Shown: positions 10,683 to 20,185, counted from the stretch's first letter. The stretch: DNA of 64,000 nucleotides from Patescibacteria group bacterium (GCA_043803385.1 JAZDKA010000010.1:989-64988); one strand, 5' to 3'. Program-made: numbers and translations. The notes: generated by a model from the sequence alone, not told the origin.

Positions 10683-10710
10683 TTGACAAATTTATGCCTT
10701 GAAGTAGAAT
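10683..10710 (+). promoter_or_regulatory. Promoter TTGACA-16-TAGAAT for the 10845 secreted-protein gene
   Basis: Hexamer spacing; preceded by a duplicated AAATTTGACATTTGACA motif. Confidence 0.4.
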
Positions 10711-10844
10711 TAAGATAAGGAAGTTTTTTTGACAACTTTGTTAAAGCAAACGTATTAAAAATACTTTATGAAGGGAGGTGAACTTTTTTCGGCAGATTTG
10801 GGGAATTAACCCCAAAAAAGTTTTTCCTGAAACAAGGAGGAAAC

Positions 10845-11174
10845 ATGAAAAAAATTTTTATAGTAGTACTGTTTTTGGCTCTTATGACACTGACGTCTCA
10901 GGCGTACGCAATTGGCACAACGGGTCCTCCGGCAGACTCAATCGGGACCACAGTCGCCACATCAACCTACCCCCATGCAGGCACTAACGTTGCGACCGTG
11001 ACGGCACCCGATTGGGACAGCAGAAGCCAGAAGGTCGCCAAGGCAACTACCGTAAATAACCTGAAGAAAAGCGCGGCTGACACGGGCACTACGAATACCG
11101 AAATTGCCCCCGTCGCCGTGAATCTGGAGAAGATCAACATGAAGAGGACCGGCGGCGATTTAACGCTCGGCTGA
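10845..11174 (+). CDS. Small secreted protein (signal peptide, Thr/Ala/Gly-rich)
   Basis: AAGGAGG SD; N-terminal signal peptide ending AYA; markedly GC-richer than its surroundings. Confidence 0.6.
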   Translation: MKKIFIVVLFLALMTLTSQAYAIGTTGPPADSIGTTVATSTYPHAGTNVATVTAPDWDSRSQKVAKATTVNNLKKSAADTGTTNTEIAPVAVNLEKINMKRTGGDLTLG

Positions 11175-11206
11175 AGTGAAGGCGCCCTGGTTCAGAAGTA
11201 AAAAGT

Positions 11207-11224
11207 GGGGAGATTCGTCTCCCC
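11207..11224. terminator. GC hairpin GGGGAGA-TTCG-TCTCCCC
   Basis: Perfect 7-bp stem with tetraloop; U-run only on the minus side. Confidence 0.4.
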
Positions 11225-11225
11225 C

Positions 11226-11406
11226 GCAATACTAATTTCATTACGAACCGCCCTTCTACATCACATTTTTTGCCTGGATACCTCTGAAGGGCGGTGCAGT
11301 ACTATCTTCGGGTCTCTCTGCTATCCACCTATTACACGTAGCTTTACCACTTTATCATTAGTACCACTAGTGGAGAGGCTCACCAGCAATTCTTATACCC
11401 CGTTAT
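11226..11406 (+). ncRNA. Candidate structured noncoding region between two terminators (speculative sRNA or gene remnant)
   Basis: About 180 nt GC-richer noncoding stretch with GCCCTTC...GAAGGGC and CCACTAGTGG stems, ending at the 11407-11467 terminator; no SD or ORF. Confidence 0.2.
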
Positions 11407-11467
11407 TACAGGAGTTTCTCAAAACTAAGCGGAACTACGCTTTATTGAGAACCTCCTGTTTTTTTTA
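11407..11467 (+). terminator. Intrinsic terminator
   Basis: CAGGAGTTTCTCAA...TTGAGAACCTCCTG hairpin plus T8. Confidence 0.55.
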
Positions 11468-11490
11468 TTTCTCTTACAATTTTTTCAAGA

Positions 11491-11513
11491 CTATCGAGGT
11501 CGAACCTCGATAG
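11491..11513. repeat. 23-bp perfect palindrome CTATCGAGGTCGAACCTCGATAG (intergenic copy)
   Basis: Identical to the element inside cysS at 22222-22247. Confidence 0.7.
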
Positions 11514-11527
11514 AAGTTTTTCAATAA

Positions 11528-11560
11528 AAAACGAGGGATGCCTAAGGTATCCCTCTATTT
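11528..11560 (-). terminator. Intrinsic terminator of the 11566 gene
   Basis: GAGGGATACC-TTA-GGCATCCCTC hairpin followed by GTTTTTTATT on the minus strand. Confidence 0.6.
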
Positions 11561-11565
11561 GTGAC

Positions 11566-12213
11566 TCATTGATTTCTTTTCTGAAGCAACTTCTCCCATT
11601 GTCGCTTCAGTTCTTCGCAATTTTCCTTTGAAGGAGACTTGCCTTTCGATTTCCTGATTATTTTCCAAGCCTCATCAATAAGGGGCGGTTCCTTCAAGCC
11701 GTAGTACTTGATAATCCCCCTAAGGCTTATTTCTGAATATAGGCCAATTGGGAAAGGTCTCCCGTCGCCAATCTCGAGCAACATTACTTCCATGAAAGGC
11801 TGAGCTCTTAGTGTTATCTTTCCAGTAGCCCATTGAAGCACGGGTATGGTAAAGAATATTCCGGTCACACCTTCGATTGAAACTTTCCAGCCCATAGTTT
11901 CCCTCTTCTTCTCTTCTGTTCCAGAAAAGGAAAGGAGCTCCGATTGTATCTTCCATGAGCGTCTCATGTCCCTGACAGCTTTCTCAACGATAGCTATCAA
12001 GTTGGCTCCCAGTTTAGGTGATTGGTTTCTTATCTCTTTTCTTATACTCTCAATATCTTCATCACCCAGGGAAGCGACTCTTTCCGCTAGGTCTTTAGTG
12101 AAGATGTTTTCGCTGAAAACACCGTTGGCTCTTAGCTCAGAAAAAATGCTTACTAATCCTTTCGCCAAACTGCCAATTTCCTTCTCCGTCAATTCTTTTT
12201 GCGTTTCTTCCAT
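11566..12213 (-). CDS. Hypothetical protein
   Basis: 215-aa ORF; GC about 43%; followed by an intrinsic terminator at 11528-11560. Confidence 0.5.
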   Translation of the reverse strand: MEETQKELTEKEIGSLAKGLVSIFSELRANGVFSENIFTKDLAERVASLGDEDIESIRKEIRNQSPKLGANLIAIVEKAVRDMRRSWKIQSELLSFSGTEEKKRETMGWKVSIEGVTGIFFTIPVLQWATGKITLRAQPFMEVMLLEIGDGRPFPIGLYSEISLRGIIKYYGLKEPPLIDEAWKIIRKSKGKSPSKENCEELKRQWEKLLQKRNQ

Positions 12214-12427
12214 AATAACCTCCCTTTTTTATTTGACTCAAGAATAAAGAAACTTGTCCTAAATTTCCTTATTGTTAAGTCCAATTAAATCAAAGAACTT
12301 GATAATATAAACTAACGCTAAAAGATGGTTTTTGTCAATTAAAAAAAGCCACAAAATTAAAAGGCGGAGGAGTCGGTGTGATACCACGTATCACTTTCCA
12401 GCTCCTTCGCCATGCCCATATACTCAT

Positions 12428-12637
12428 TCATATGCCCCGTTCTCTGTAAAGATCTGCGAGGCCATCCAATAAAGTTGCATTGAGTCTTCTTCCTCTACTG
12501 GCAGCGCGTTTCCAAACTCTGCCAGAAGAAACCCTGAAAGCTCTTCTTAGTCTCCTCACTGCATTGGAGACCACAACATACTTGGTAGTACCCACTTGAA
12601 TAACTTCGTTATCGAATTTATTGCAATTCGTATTCAT
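12428..12637 (-). CDS. Hypothetical small basic protein (69 aa)
   Basis: Start MNTNCNK with GAGGAGGG SD 4 nt upstream; GC-rich; Arg-rich C-terminus. Confidence 0.45.
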   Translation of the reverse strand: MNTNCNKFDNEVIQVGTTKYVVVSNAVRRLRRAFRVSSGRVWKRAASRGRRLNATLLDGLADLYRERGI

Positions 12638-12705
12638 AAAACCCTCCTCTTCTTGGATTTTACTAAAGCATAACTCAAAAAAGAAAAAAATCAAGTTTTT
12701 AAATT

Positions 12706-12724
12706 ATCGAAGTCGGACTTCGAT
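12706..12724. repeat. Covarying variant palindrome ATCGAAGTCGGACTTCGAT
   Basis: Same architecture as ATCGAGGTCGAACCTCGAT with compensatory A/T for G/C changes. Confidence 0.5.
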
Positions 12725-12820
12725 TTTAGATTTAGATCATTTTCATTTTACCTATACTATAAAATTTAGCGTAGGCTAGAAATTATAGTATGATTTTTTA
12801 GTCTTTTGTAGTTTATATTT

Positions 12821-12852
12821 TATTCAGTATAAGTATACTAGTATACTGAATA
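12821..12852. promoter_or_regulatory. Inverted repeat TATTCAGTATA-N10-TATACTGAATA with palindromic ATACTAGTAT spacer
   Basis: 11-bp arms; intergenic. Confidence 0.35.
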
Positions 12853-12996
12853 ATTCATTTGATTATGTAATTAATTACTTACTTCAGTACGTACCAAGGT
12901 TAAACTGCTTAAATTATAATCTTTCCAATAAAAAAAGCGAGGGTGGTGAAAATCGTTATTTCCCCTCGCTTTACAAACTCTCCCGCATCTCCTTAT

Positions 12997-13446
12997 TTAG
13001 TGGCAGCATGAGTATTGGTAATCAAACCTGATTCCGTCGAGCCTGTCTTCCTTCAGCCATTCATAGTGTCCGTAGGCACAGAGTAAAAACAAAGAGTTCA
13101 TTGCAATGCAAATTGCAGCCGGCCGGACACTCTCTTCGGAAACCTGGAGAATGTCGCAGAGGATAAAGAATGCCAGTCCGCCCAGAAACCATGCGGAGAT
13201 ATTCATGACAATGAGAGTTGTCTTGATAATATCCTCGATTCTCATAATCTCACCGAGTTTATTTATCGGCAAGCGATTAACGCTAGCCGATGCAAGATGC
13301 CCGTAACATATAGCGAAGATCACACAACCCAGGATGGGAGAAATTGGATCCTTCAGATCTGAAGCCAGAAGAGAAAGGTTAAAAAAGTACAACGAGACTG
13401 CCAGTGAAACCAGTCCCAAAACAAGAAACACTCTTGCTTTATTCAT
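12997..13446 (-). CDS. Hypothetical integral membrane protein
   Basis: Start MNKARVF with AAGGAGG SD; about 4 TM helices; GC about 45%. Confidence 0.55.
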   Translation of the reverse strand: MNKARVFLVLGLVSLAVSLYFFNLSLLASDLKDPISPILGCVIFAICYGHLASASVNRLPINKLGEIMRIEDIIKTTLIVMNISAWFLGGLAFFILCDILQVSEESVRPAAICIAMNSLFLLCAYGHYEWLKEDRLDGIRFDYQYSCCH

Positions 13447-13673
13447 AACGCCTCCTTTTACCAATTTTGATTTATTTCTGATGAATAAAGAATAGCACCC
13501 TGCGGTACCAAAAGTCAATATTGTGTATTCAATTACTTACCTAATTCCCTTATTCTCCTATTCGCGCGCCCCGTAGCGTCCCGCCATGACGGGACTGCTT
13601 CTGGGGCGAATTAGAGATAGCATCTAGTATCAACAGCAAATTCTTCCAGTTTTTGGGTTGGTTGTTGGGACAA

Positions 13674-14453
13674 TTATAATTTGATTATTGTTAGTAATGA
13701 ATATAATCCAATAATAGCGGTTATAATGAGAAATAAAATATCTCCAAGTATATATCTTAACTCATCATTAAATAATCCTCGTTTACTTAGTTTTTCTATT
13801 TTCAGTAAGCATTTTATTTCATGATAACATTTATTTAAATTTGGAAATTTGCTATTAGAAAAATATTCTGGTGTGCCTATTCCGTCTATATGTATCATTT
13901 TTTTTAGAATATAAATATATCTTATGTATTTAATAATATCAAGAGATTCATTTAACCTTTCATAATCATTATTTTTAATAGTTGTATTTTTTTGTTCAGA
14001 TTCTATTTCTGTTTTTTTATTTTCTATGACATTTTCACATTCAATATAATTTCTGTTTTTTAAATTTTTTTCATAAAAATCAAATGATTTCAAAAGAATT
14101 TTTGTGTCAGAATATTTAAAAGAATTAAAATTATCAATTAAGTGATTGAATCTTTCAACAAGTTGAATGAAGTAAGTTAATTGAGAGGATAATTTAGCGC
14201 TGATAAGGCTACTATTTACGATATCTGGAACTATTGAAGTGTCAACTTTATAAACGATTTCTCCAGGATAAAACCATGCCTCTTTATTTAAATCTTTTGG
14301 ATATGAAGAAGAGAACCATTCACCTGCTGTATTTAAAAGAGCTTCAAGGGCGTTTATTATTTTTTTATATTCAGCTATCATGCTTAATCTATATATCAAC
14401 CAACCAGAAATTATCGCAATTGATGCTAAAAATATTTCTATCTTTAATTCCAT
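13674..14453 (-). CDS. Hypothetical membrane-anchored protein (N- and C-terminal TM, Lys/Asn-rich)
   Basis: 259-aa ORF, very AT-rich, TM helices at both ends. Confidence 0.45.
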   Translation of the reverse strand: MELKIEIFLASIAIISGWLIYRLSMIAEYKKIINALEALLNTAGEWFSSSYPKDLNKEAWFYPGEIVYKVDTSIVPDIVNSSLISAKLSSQLTYFIQLVERFNHLIDNFNSFKYSDTKILLKSFDFYEKNLKNRNYIECENVIENKKTEIESEQKNTTIKNNDYERLNESLDIIKYIRYIYILKKMIHIDGIGTPEYFSNSKFPNLNKCYHEIKCLLKIEKLSKRGLFNDELRYILGDILFLIITAIIGLYSLLTIIKL

Positions 14454-14509
14454 AACTTTTGTTTATATTATTTAAAGGCGGGGGATTTAACCCCGCCTAA
14501 AATTAGTCG

Positions 14510-16429
14510 TTACTTTTTTTCTTCTTTCTTTTCGGTTTTCTTTTCTGTTTCAGCTTCTTTTGGTTCTCCATCCTTCGCTGAAGCTTCGGACTGGCTAGCG
14601 CCTTCCGTAGCTTTAGCGGAGGCGGCTTGGGCAGCGGCATACAGCTTCTGGCCGATCTTTTGGGCTTCTTGGGAAAGCGCTTCAGTGGCTTTCTTAATAG
14701 CTTCCAGGTCATCGCCATTTTTTACCTTATTCAGTTCTTCGATCTTTTCCTGAACCGGTTTCTTTTCATCTTCCGTAATTTTATCTCCGGCTTCGCGCAT
14801 GGCTTTTTCGATGGTATATGCCAAAGTGTCGGCCATATTGCGCGCTTCAACTAATTCTTTCTTTTTTTTGTCTTCTTCCGCATGAATTTCCGCATCTTTT
14901 TTCATTCTCTCAATCTCATCCTTGGAAAGGCCGCTGGAAGCTTCGATTCTGATTGATTGAGTCCGTCCGGTGGCTTTGTCTTTGGCAGTGACGCTCAAAA
15001 TTCCATTGGCGTCAATATCAAAAGTAACTTCAACTTGCGGAATGCCTCTCGGAGAAGGCGGGATTCCATCCAGAATAAACCTTCCCAGCGATTTATTTCC
15101 TTCTGCCATTTCCCTTTCTCCCTGAAGCACATTAATTTCCACGCTGGGCTGGTTGTCAGCCGCGGTGGAAAATACCTGCGACTTGGAAGTCGGAACAGTG
15201 GTATTTCTGGAAATTAATGGCGTGGAAACTCCCCCTAAAGTTTCAATTCCAAAAGTCAACGGAGTAACATCGAGCAATAGCACGTCTTTAACCGAGCCTT
15301 CCAAAACTCCTCCCTGAATTGCGGCGCCTACCGCCACTACTTCATCCGGATTTACCGAAAGGTTTGGTTTCTTTCCAAAAAATTTCTCAACAGTTTTCAA
15401 TACTAGTGGCATTCTGGTCATTCCTCCGACCATAATTACTTCGTGAATATCTTTAGCTTCCAGCTTAGCATCTGCCAGCGCTTTCTTCATCGGTTCCAAA
15501 GTTTTTTCAACTAAATCGTGAACCAGTTCTTCCAGTTTGGCTCGGGAAAGCTTCATTACCAAATGCTTCGGACCGCTGGAATCGCTGGTGATGAACGGTT
15601 GGTTGATTTCGCTTTCCATAGCGGTTGAGAGCTCTATTTTTGCTTTCTCCGCCGATTCTTTGACTCTTTGAAGCGCCAAAGGGTCTTTGGACAAGTCAAT
15701 TCCTTCCTGCTTCTTATATTCGTCCAAGATCCAAGCGATTATTCTCTGGTCAAAATCGTCTCCTCCGAGATGGGTATCTCCATTGGTGGATTTTACTTCT
15801 ACAGTATCATCGCCGACTTCCAGAATGGAAATATCATAAGTTCCCCCTCCCAAATCATAAACAGCGATTTTCTCTTCTTTCTTTTTGTCAAAACCATAAG
15901 CCAGAGCGGCGGCTGTCGGTTCATTGATAATTCTTTTCACGTTGAATCCGGCAATTTCTCCCGCTTCTTTAGTGGCTTTTCTTTGAGAGTCGTCAAAATA
16001 GGCCGGAACAGTGATGACTGCGTCAGTAATTTTTTCACCAAGTTTTGCTTCCGCGTCTTGCTTTAATTTTTGGAGGATCATGGCGGAAATTTCCTGCGGA
16101 GTATATTCTTTTCCGCCCATTTCCACTTTAGTTCCGCCATTGGATTTGACAATTTTGTAAGACAGAAGTTTTAAATCTCTTTGCACTTCCGCGTCCTCAA
16201 AATGCCTGCCGATTAATCTCTTAATAGAAAACAATGTGTTTCCCGGATTGGTGACAGCTTGACGCTTAGCCAAAAGGCCGACTAGCCTTTCGTTGGTTTT
16301 GGAAATCGCCACCATTGACGGAGTGGTTCGGTTCCCTTCTTTGTTTTCGATTATTTCCGGCTTGCCTCCGGAAACTACCGCCATCGCGGAGTTGGTAGTC
16401 CCCAAATCTATTCCAAGTATCTTGGACAT
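14510..16429 (-). CDS. dnaK: Chaperone DnaK (Hsp70)
   Basis: [26 protein letters not shown] signatures; 639 aa. Confidence 0.95.
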   Translation of the reverse strand: MSKILGIDLGTTNSAMAVVSGGKPEIIENKEGNRTTPSMVAISKTNERLVGLLAKRQAVTNPGNTLFSIKRLIGRHFEDAEVQRDLKLLSYKIVKSNGGTKVEMGGKEYTPQEISAMILQKLKQDAEAKLGEKITDAVITVPAYFDDSQRKATKEAGEIAGFNVKRIINEPTAAALAYGFDKKKEEKIAVYDLGGGTYDISILEVGDDTVEVKSTNGDTHLGGDDFDQRIIAWILDEYKKQEGIDLSKDPLALQRVKESAEKAKIELSTAMESEINQPFITSDSSGPKHLVMKLSRAKLEELVHDLVEKTLEPMKKALADAKLEAKDIHEVIMVGGMTRMPLVLKTVEKFFGKKPNLSVNPDEVVAVGAAIQGGVLEGSVKDVLLLDVTPLTFGIETLGGVSTPLISRNTTVPTSKSQVFSTAADNQPSVEINVLQGEREMAEGNKSLGRFILDGIPPSPRGIPQVEVTFDIDANGILSVTAKDKATGRTQSIRIEASSGLSKDEIERMKKDAEIHAEEDKKKKELVEARNMADTLAYTIEKAMREAGDKITEDEKKPVQEKIEELNKVKNGDDLEAIKKATEALSQEAQKIGQKLYAAAQAASAKATEGASQSEASAKDGEPKEAETEKKTEKKEEKK

Positions 16430-16587
16430 ATTATTTGTTTTCTAATAAATAGCTTTGGATAGCTAATAATTAGAATAATTTAAAATTTAAATCTCAAAAT
16501 GCAAAATGACAATGTAAATGTTAAAATAATTTTTAATTTTTAACTGACATTTTGAACTTTGATTTTTTAACTTTAAACTTTTTTGGT

Positions 16588-16615
16588 TTGACAAATTACT
16601 AAGCTATGTTATATT
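16588..16615 (+). promoter_or_regulatory. Sigma-70-type promoter (TTGACA-16-TATATT)
   Basis: Near-consensus hexamers; drives the 16650 small ORF, antisense to the heat-shock operon. Confidence 0.55.
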
Positions 16616-16649
16616 GAGAGCAAAATCTATTTTGAGGAGGTAGTTCTTT

Positions 16650-16805
16650 ATGGCAAAGGGAAAAATGTTTTTAACGGACGAAAGAACCGCGGGTGTAAAC
16701 GAAAAAAATAACGTGACCGATATCCGCAGAAAAAAAGAACCCGTGAAGAAAAACTTTCGAACAAGAGGGCGACCGCATATCGCACGAGCAGGTTGCTTAA
16801 GATAA
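16650..16805 (+). CDS. Small basic ORF (51 aa), or coding part of an sRNA; expressed from the strongest promoter in the window
   Basis: TTGACA-16-TATATT promoter, GAGGAGG SD 9 nt upstream of ATG; long hairpin plus U-run at 16806-16880. Confidence 0.3.
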   Translation: MAKGKMFLTDERTAGVNEKNNVTDIRRKKEPVKKNFRTRGRPHIARAGCLR

Positions 16806-16954
16806 ACACAGACCCCATACCACCCGCATTCGCAGGTGTTCTTTATCCCCATTGAGTGTCATGCTCTTTGGGGTCTTTTTTTATCATTTATTCACTTGCC
16901 AAAAAACATTTTAATGCTTATGATAATCTTACCAAATTACTAAGGAGGTGCCCG

Positions 16955-17209
16955 ATGGACATCACGGCAGTAGATTTAAATATGTTCATCCATGATTTGC
17001 AACACAAAGATGAAAGTCATCTCACCAAAGACCAAAGAGGAAAGGTAAAATCGGCGTTATCAGAAACAGAAAAGCTTCTTAGGAGATTATCTGGTCATGA
17101 CTTTATAGCTATTCCCATAGGGAAATACAATTTTATCCAAAGGATAGCTAGCGAGAAACCAATCGTCCAAAAACCCAAACCACGATTCAATCAAATCCAT
17201 CCTTTATAG
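16955..17209 (+). CDS. Hypothetical protein (84 aa)
   Basis: AAGGAGGTG SD; followed by terminator CTCGGGA..TCCCGAG plus T7. Confidence 0.5.
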   Translation: MDITAVDLNMFIHDLQHKDESHLTKDQRGKVKSALSETEKLLRRLSGHDFIAIPIGKYNFIQRIASEKPIVQKPKPRFNQIHPL

Positions 17210-17218
17210 CTATTACGC

Positions 17219-17258
17219 TCGGGATTGCAGCCGCTTTCCCGAGAATTTTTTTGCCATT
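17219..17258 (+). terminator. Intrinsic terminator after the 16955 gene
   Basis: CTCGGGA-N11-TCCCGAG plus T7. Confidence 0.65.
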
Positions 17259-17429
17259 TTGCCATTTTTGTCTGTGAGGCACGAACAGAAACAAAAATGA
17301 GCATCCCTCATCAATTCTATTCTGTGATATTTAAATTTAAAAATACTTGAGCCGCAGGCGATTCCGTGAATTAGAGCTATGAATTATCCGTAGTCTCTAA
17401 TCGGAATTGGTGCGGGATAATTTCAATAT

Positions 17430-17987
17430 TTATCCTACAACCACTTTCACCGCCCGAATGACTTTATCTCCAATTTTATATCCTCTGCTGATAACTTTTT
17501 TAATCTTATTTCCTGATTTCTGTTCACTGTCCTCTGATTCTTGATGGACTGCTTCATGCAAATTTGGATTAAACTCATCTCCTTCTTTCGCTTCAATTTC
17601 TTCAATTCTATTGTCTTTCAGAATAGTTTCTAATTGGCGCTGGATATGCAATATCCCCTGGACCCACGCTCCATCTTTTTGGTTTTCAGGAACATGATCC
17701 AACGACATCTGAAAATTATCCACGACCGGCAGAATCTGCAACGCTAAATCTTCCAAAATCAGCTCTTTAAATTCCTTTTTTGATTCATCCTGCTTTTTTC
17801 GGTAATTCTCAAAATCCGCTTGGCAACGTTTCCATCCTTCGAGATTTTTCTGTTCTTCTGATACTTCCTCAGTTTCTTTGGTATCTTCTTTTTTCAATTC
17901 TTCCTTACTTCCGTTCTCTTTTTTATCTTCTTCAGTTTTTTTTGCTTCGCCCGTCGTAGCTTTAGCGAAGGAGGGTTTTTTAAACAT
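17430..17987 (-). CDS. grpE: Nucleotide exchange factor GrpE
   Basis: GWKR.QADFENYRKK and FNPNLHEAV motifs. Confidence 0.85.
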   Translation of the reverse strand: MFKKPSFAKATTGEAKKTEEDKKENGSKEELKKEDTKETEEVSEEQKNLEGWKRCQADFENYRKKQDESKKEFKELILEDLALQILPVVDNFQMSLDHVPENQKDGAWVQGILHIQRQLETILKDNRIEEIEAKEGDEFNPNLHEAVHQESEDSEQKSGNKIKKVISRGYKIGDKVIRAVKVVVG

Positions 17988-17989
17988 AA

Positions 17990-18781
17990 TTATCTTATTA
18001 CTAAATATAAATTACCAGCTACTATTAATACCGCTGACGAGCTTAAAAGCTTCTTCATATATTCAATCAGGGATTTATTTTTGGCGTATTTCATCCGCTT
18101 AGGGCCGATTAGCGCCAGAATTCCTTTTTCTCCTCCCTTAAGCTTGTAGGAGGAAACTACCATTGAGCAATTGGATATTCCGTCAATCGGATTTTCTTTG
18201 CCGATGTATATTTTCGTTTCATTTTCTTTGAGGTCTTTGGCGATATTTTCAAATTTTTCATCTACCACGTCCAAAACTTCCACTAATTTACAAATTTCGC
18301 CTATATCTTTAAATTCCGGCTGATTAATGAGGCTTTTTATTCCCGATTCAAAAAATTCTTCCTTTTTAGTTGCCCCCGTAAGAGCCAGCGCTCCGCTAAA
18401 TCCGGAAAGCAGTTTTACAACCGTCCTTTCCAATCTGGTATTTTTGGCTTTGAGTTTCAGAAGTTCCGCTTGAAGCTTTTTCTGTTCATTCAGGGAAAGC
18501 TCCCTATCTTTCATTATTTCTTCCACGAAATATCGGTAGCCTTCGTCAGTCGGAATTCTTCCGGCGCTGATATGGGGCTGGTATAAAAATCCGTCTTTTT
18601 CAAGATTTACCATATCGTTTCGAATCGTTGCCGTGCTAGCTTTAATCTTGTGTTTTTTTACTAAAATCTCGCTCGAAACAGGAATAGCCGTGTTGGTATA
18701 TTCCTCAATGACCGATGTTAGGATTTTCTGTTGCCTTGCGTTCATAAAGTCAGTGATCAGAGAACAGTGGCCAATGGCCAA
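17990..18781 (-). CDS. hrcA: Heat-inducible transcription repressor HrcA
   Basis: N-terminal winged HTH (RQQKILTSVIEEY...PVSS) and HrcA C-domain; CIRCE just upstream; true start may be the internal MNARQQ. Confidence 0.85.
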   Translation of the reverse strand: MAIGHCSLITDFMNARQQKILTSVIEEYTNTAIPVSSEILVKKHKIKASTATIRNDMVNLEKDGFLYQPHISAGRIPTDEGYRYFVEEIMKDRELSLNEQKKLQAELLKLKAKNTRLERTVVKLLSGFSGALALTGATKKEEFFESGIKSLINQPEFKDIGEICKLVEVLDVVDEKFENIAKDLKENETKIYIGKENPIDGISNCSMVVSSYKLKGGEKGILALIGPKRMKYAKNKSLIEYMKKLLSSSAVLIVAGNLYLVIR

Positions 18782-18824
18782 TATTTTTCTTGTTCACTGC
18801 TCACTGTTTATTATACACTGCTCA

Positions 18825-18851
18825 TTAGCAGTCGTCAAGTCCGAGTGCTAA
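18825..18851. promoter_or_regulatory. CIRCE operator (HrcA site) upstream of hrcA
   Basis: TTAGCAGTC-N9-GAGTGCTAA, one mismatch to consensus TTAGCACTC-N9-GAGTGCTAA; flanked by TTGACA-17-TATTAT on the minus strand. Confidence 0.8.
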
Positions 18852-18990
18852 TTATATAATAATACTACAGGGATACGCTGTCAATATTTCAAATAAAAAA
18901 ACCAGCAATATGTTAATTGAACTGGCTTAAGGGTTTGTCTTGGTGTTAATCACCTCCTTTGTTTAGGCAAACCCTCATTTGCACAAATAG

Positions 18991-19188
18991 CTATTCTACT
19001 TCTTCGAACCATTTGATATCTTTGTGCTTTGGCAAATGCGTTATCCCTCTTTTTCCCCAAATTATGGCTGTATTGGGATAAAAACTAATGTGAATAAGGG
19101 AATGCATTGTCTTATCATACTCCGCACCAGAAGGGATTCTTTCCCCTCCCGAGAGTTGAATAAAATCCGCACCTTCTACTCCTGTCAT
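18991..19188 (-). CDS. Hypothetical small protein (65 aa)
   Basis: GGAGGGG SD; directly downstream of yidD. Confidence 0.4.
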   Translation of the reverse strand: MTGVEGADFIQLSGGERIPSGAEYDKTMHSLIHISFYPNTAIIWGKRGITHLPKHKDIKWFEEVE

Positions 19189-19200
19189 AATTTCCCCTCC

Positions 19201-19440
19201 TTATTTTTTAATTAATGGATCGTATCCTCCGTCATTCCATGGATGGCAACGAATTATTCGCTTAAAACCCATCCAGCTTCCTCGAAATATGCCGTATTTA
19301 TCAATAGCCTGATAGGCATATTCGGAGCAGGTTGGATGAAAACGGCAAAGCCGTTCGGAATAAATATAGGATAAAAGCCCATGATCCAGAGACAATGTTT
19401 TCTGGTAAGCTCTTATTAAAAATAAAATAACTTTCCGCAT
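19201..19440 (-). CDS. yidD: Membrane protein insertion efficiency factor YidD
   Basis: [17 protein letters not shown] signature. Confidence 0.85.
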   Translation of the reverse strand: MRKVILFLIRAYQKTLSLDHGLLSYIYSERLCRFHPTCSEYAYQAIDKYGIFRGSWMGFKRIIRCHPWNDGGYDPLIKK

Positions 19441-19715
19441 AATTTACTTATAGCTTATATTAAAAATTTTGGCAATCCCAGCACCAATTCCGATAAAGTT
19501 TTAGTCTAAACTTATAGATTAATTCTCGGAATCGCCTTCGGCTTATCTAATCGAACATGATAGCCACATTATAAAATTGGTACGGGATGCTCATAATTGT
19601 AGCTTCTCATTTCACTCAAAGACAATTATGGCATTAAAAAAACCAGTAACGATGTACCGGCTTTGGGATCCGTCGGATTGTTTTCCAACGAATCCCCCCT
19701 ATGAAATTCCTCTTA

Positions 19716-19928
19716 TTATGCCACCCCTGCTTGCTTAAACAACCAAGCGGAATAGGTTTTGCAATTTCCTTTTCCGATGCAATTTGGCTTCAATTGCCTG
19801 CTTTCGCAAGTATTGCGGAAATCCTTGCGGATAATATCAACCCCGCACAAACAGGTGCTATCATCCGCCACTGTTCCCTGTTGCATTACTGCACCTTTAA
19901 ATATCTGATTTTCAGTCGCAATTTGCAT
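19716..19928 (-). CDS. Hypothetical Cys-rich small protein (70 aa)
   Basis: AAGGGGGA SD, 5 Cys, hairpin plus T7 terminator downstream (19640-19665); GC-richer islet. Confidence 0.45.
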   Translation of the reverse strand: MQIATENQIFKGAVMQQGTVADDSTCLCGVDIIRKDFRNTCESRQLKPNCIGKGNCKTYSAWLFKQAGVA

Positions 19929-20118
19929 GTTTTCCCCCTTATTTTTTTTCGCACTTTAAAACATTGCACGCACTTCCCTCTGTGCATTTTCCTTCAGTAG
20001 TACTGCTGACCCACTTACCCAAGAACGGACACCTTATTTTCATCCGATTATCACCCCCTTCTTTTTTGATTTAAAATAACTGCTACGATACTTCATATAA
20101 TTTACCAAAAAGCTGATT

Positions 20119-20146
20119 TTGTCAAATAAAAAATCTAGTATATAAT
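20119..20146 (+). promoter_or_regulatory. Promoter TTGTCA-16-TATAAT for corA
   Basis: Hexamers about 40 nt upstream of ATG. Confidence 0.5.
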
Positions 20147-20185
20147 ATAAACATACAAAAAATAAAATATAAAGACAAAAATGGC

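Noticed and set aside
11205-11513. 102-aa plus-strand ORF
   Set aside because: It spans two terminator hairpins and the palindromic repeat, has no RBS, and its composition matches noncoding GC-rich structure.
9942-14509. Interpreting the dnaJ-dnaK insertion as an integrated mobile element or prophage
   Set aside because: No integrase, transposase, tRNA target or direct terminal repeats were found. It is reported as a compositional island only.
16604-16852. 82-aa minus-strand ORF upstream of dnaK
   Set aside because: It overlaps the near-consensus plus-strand promoter, SD and small ORF. It has no SD and reads antisense to a better-supported unit.
19701-20000. 99-aa plus-strand ORF
   Set aside because: No SD is present. 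The overlapping minus-strand 70-aa ORF has an SD and a terminator, so that one was preferred.
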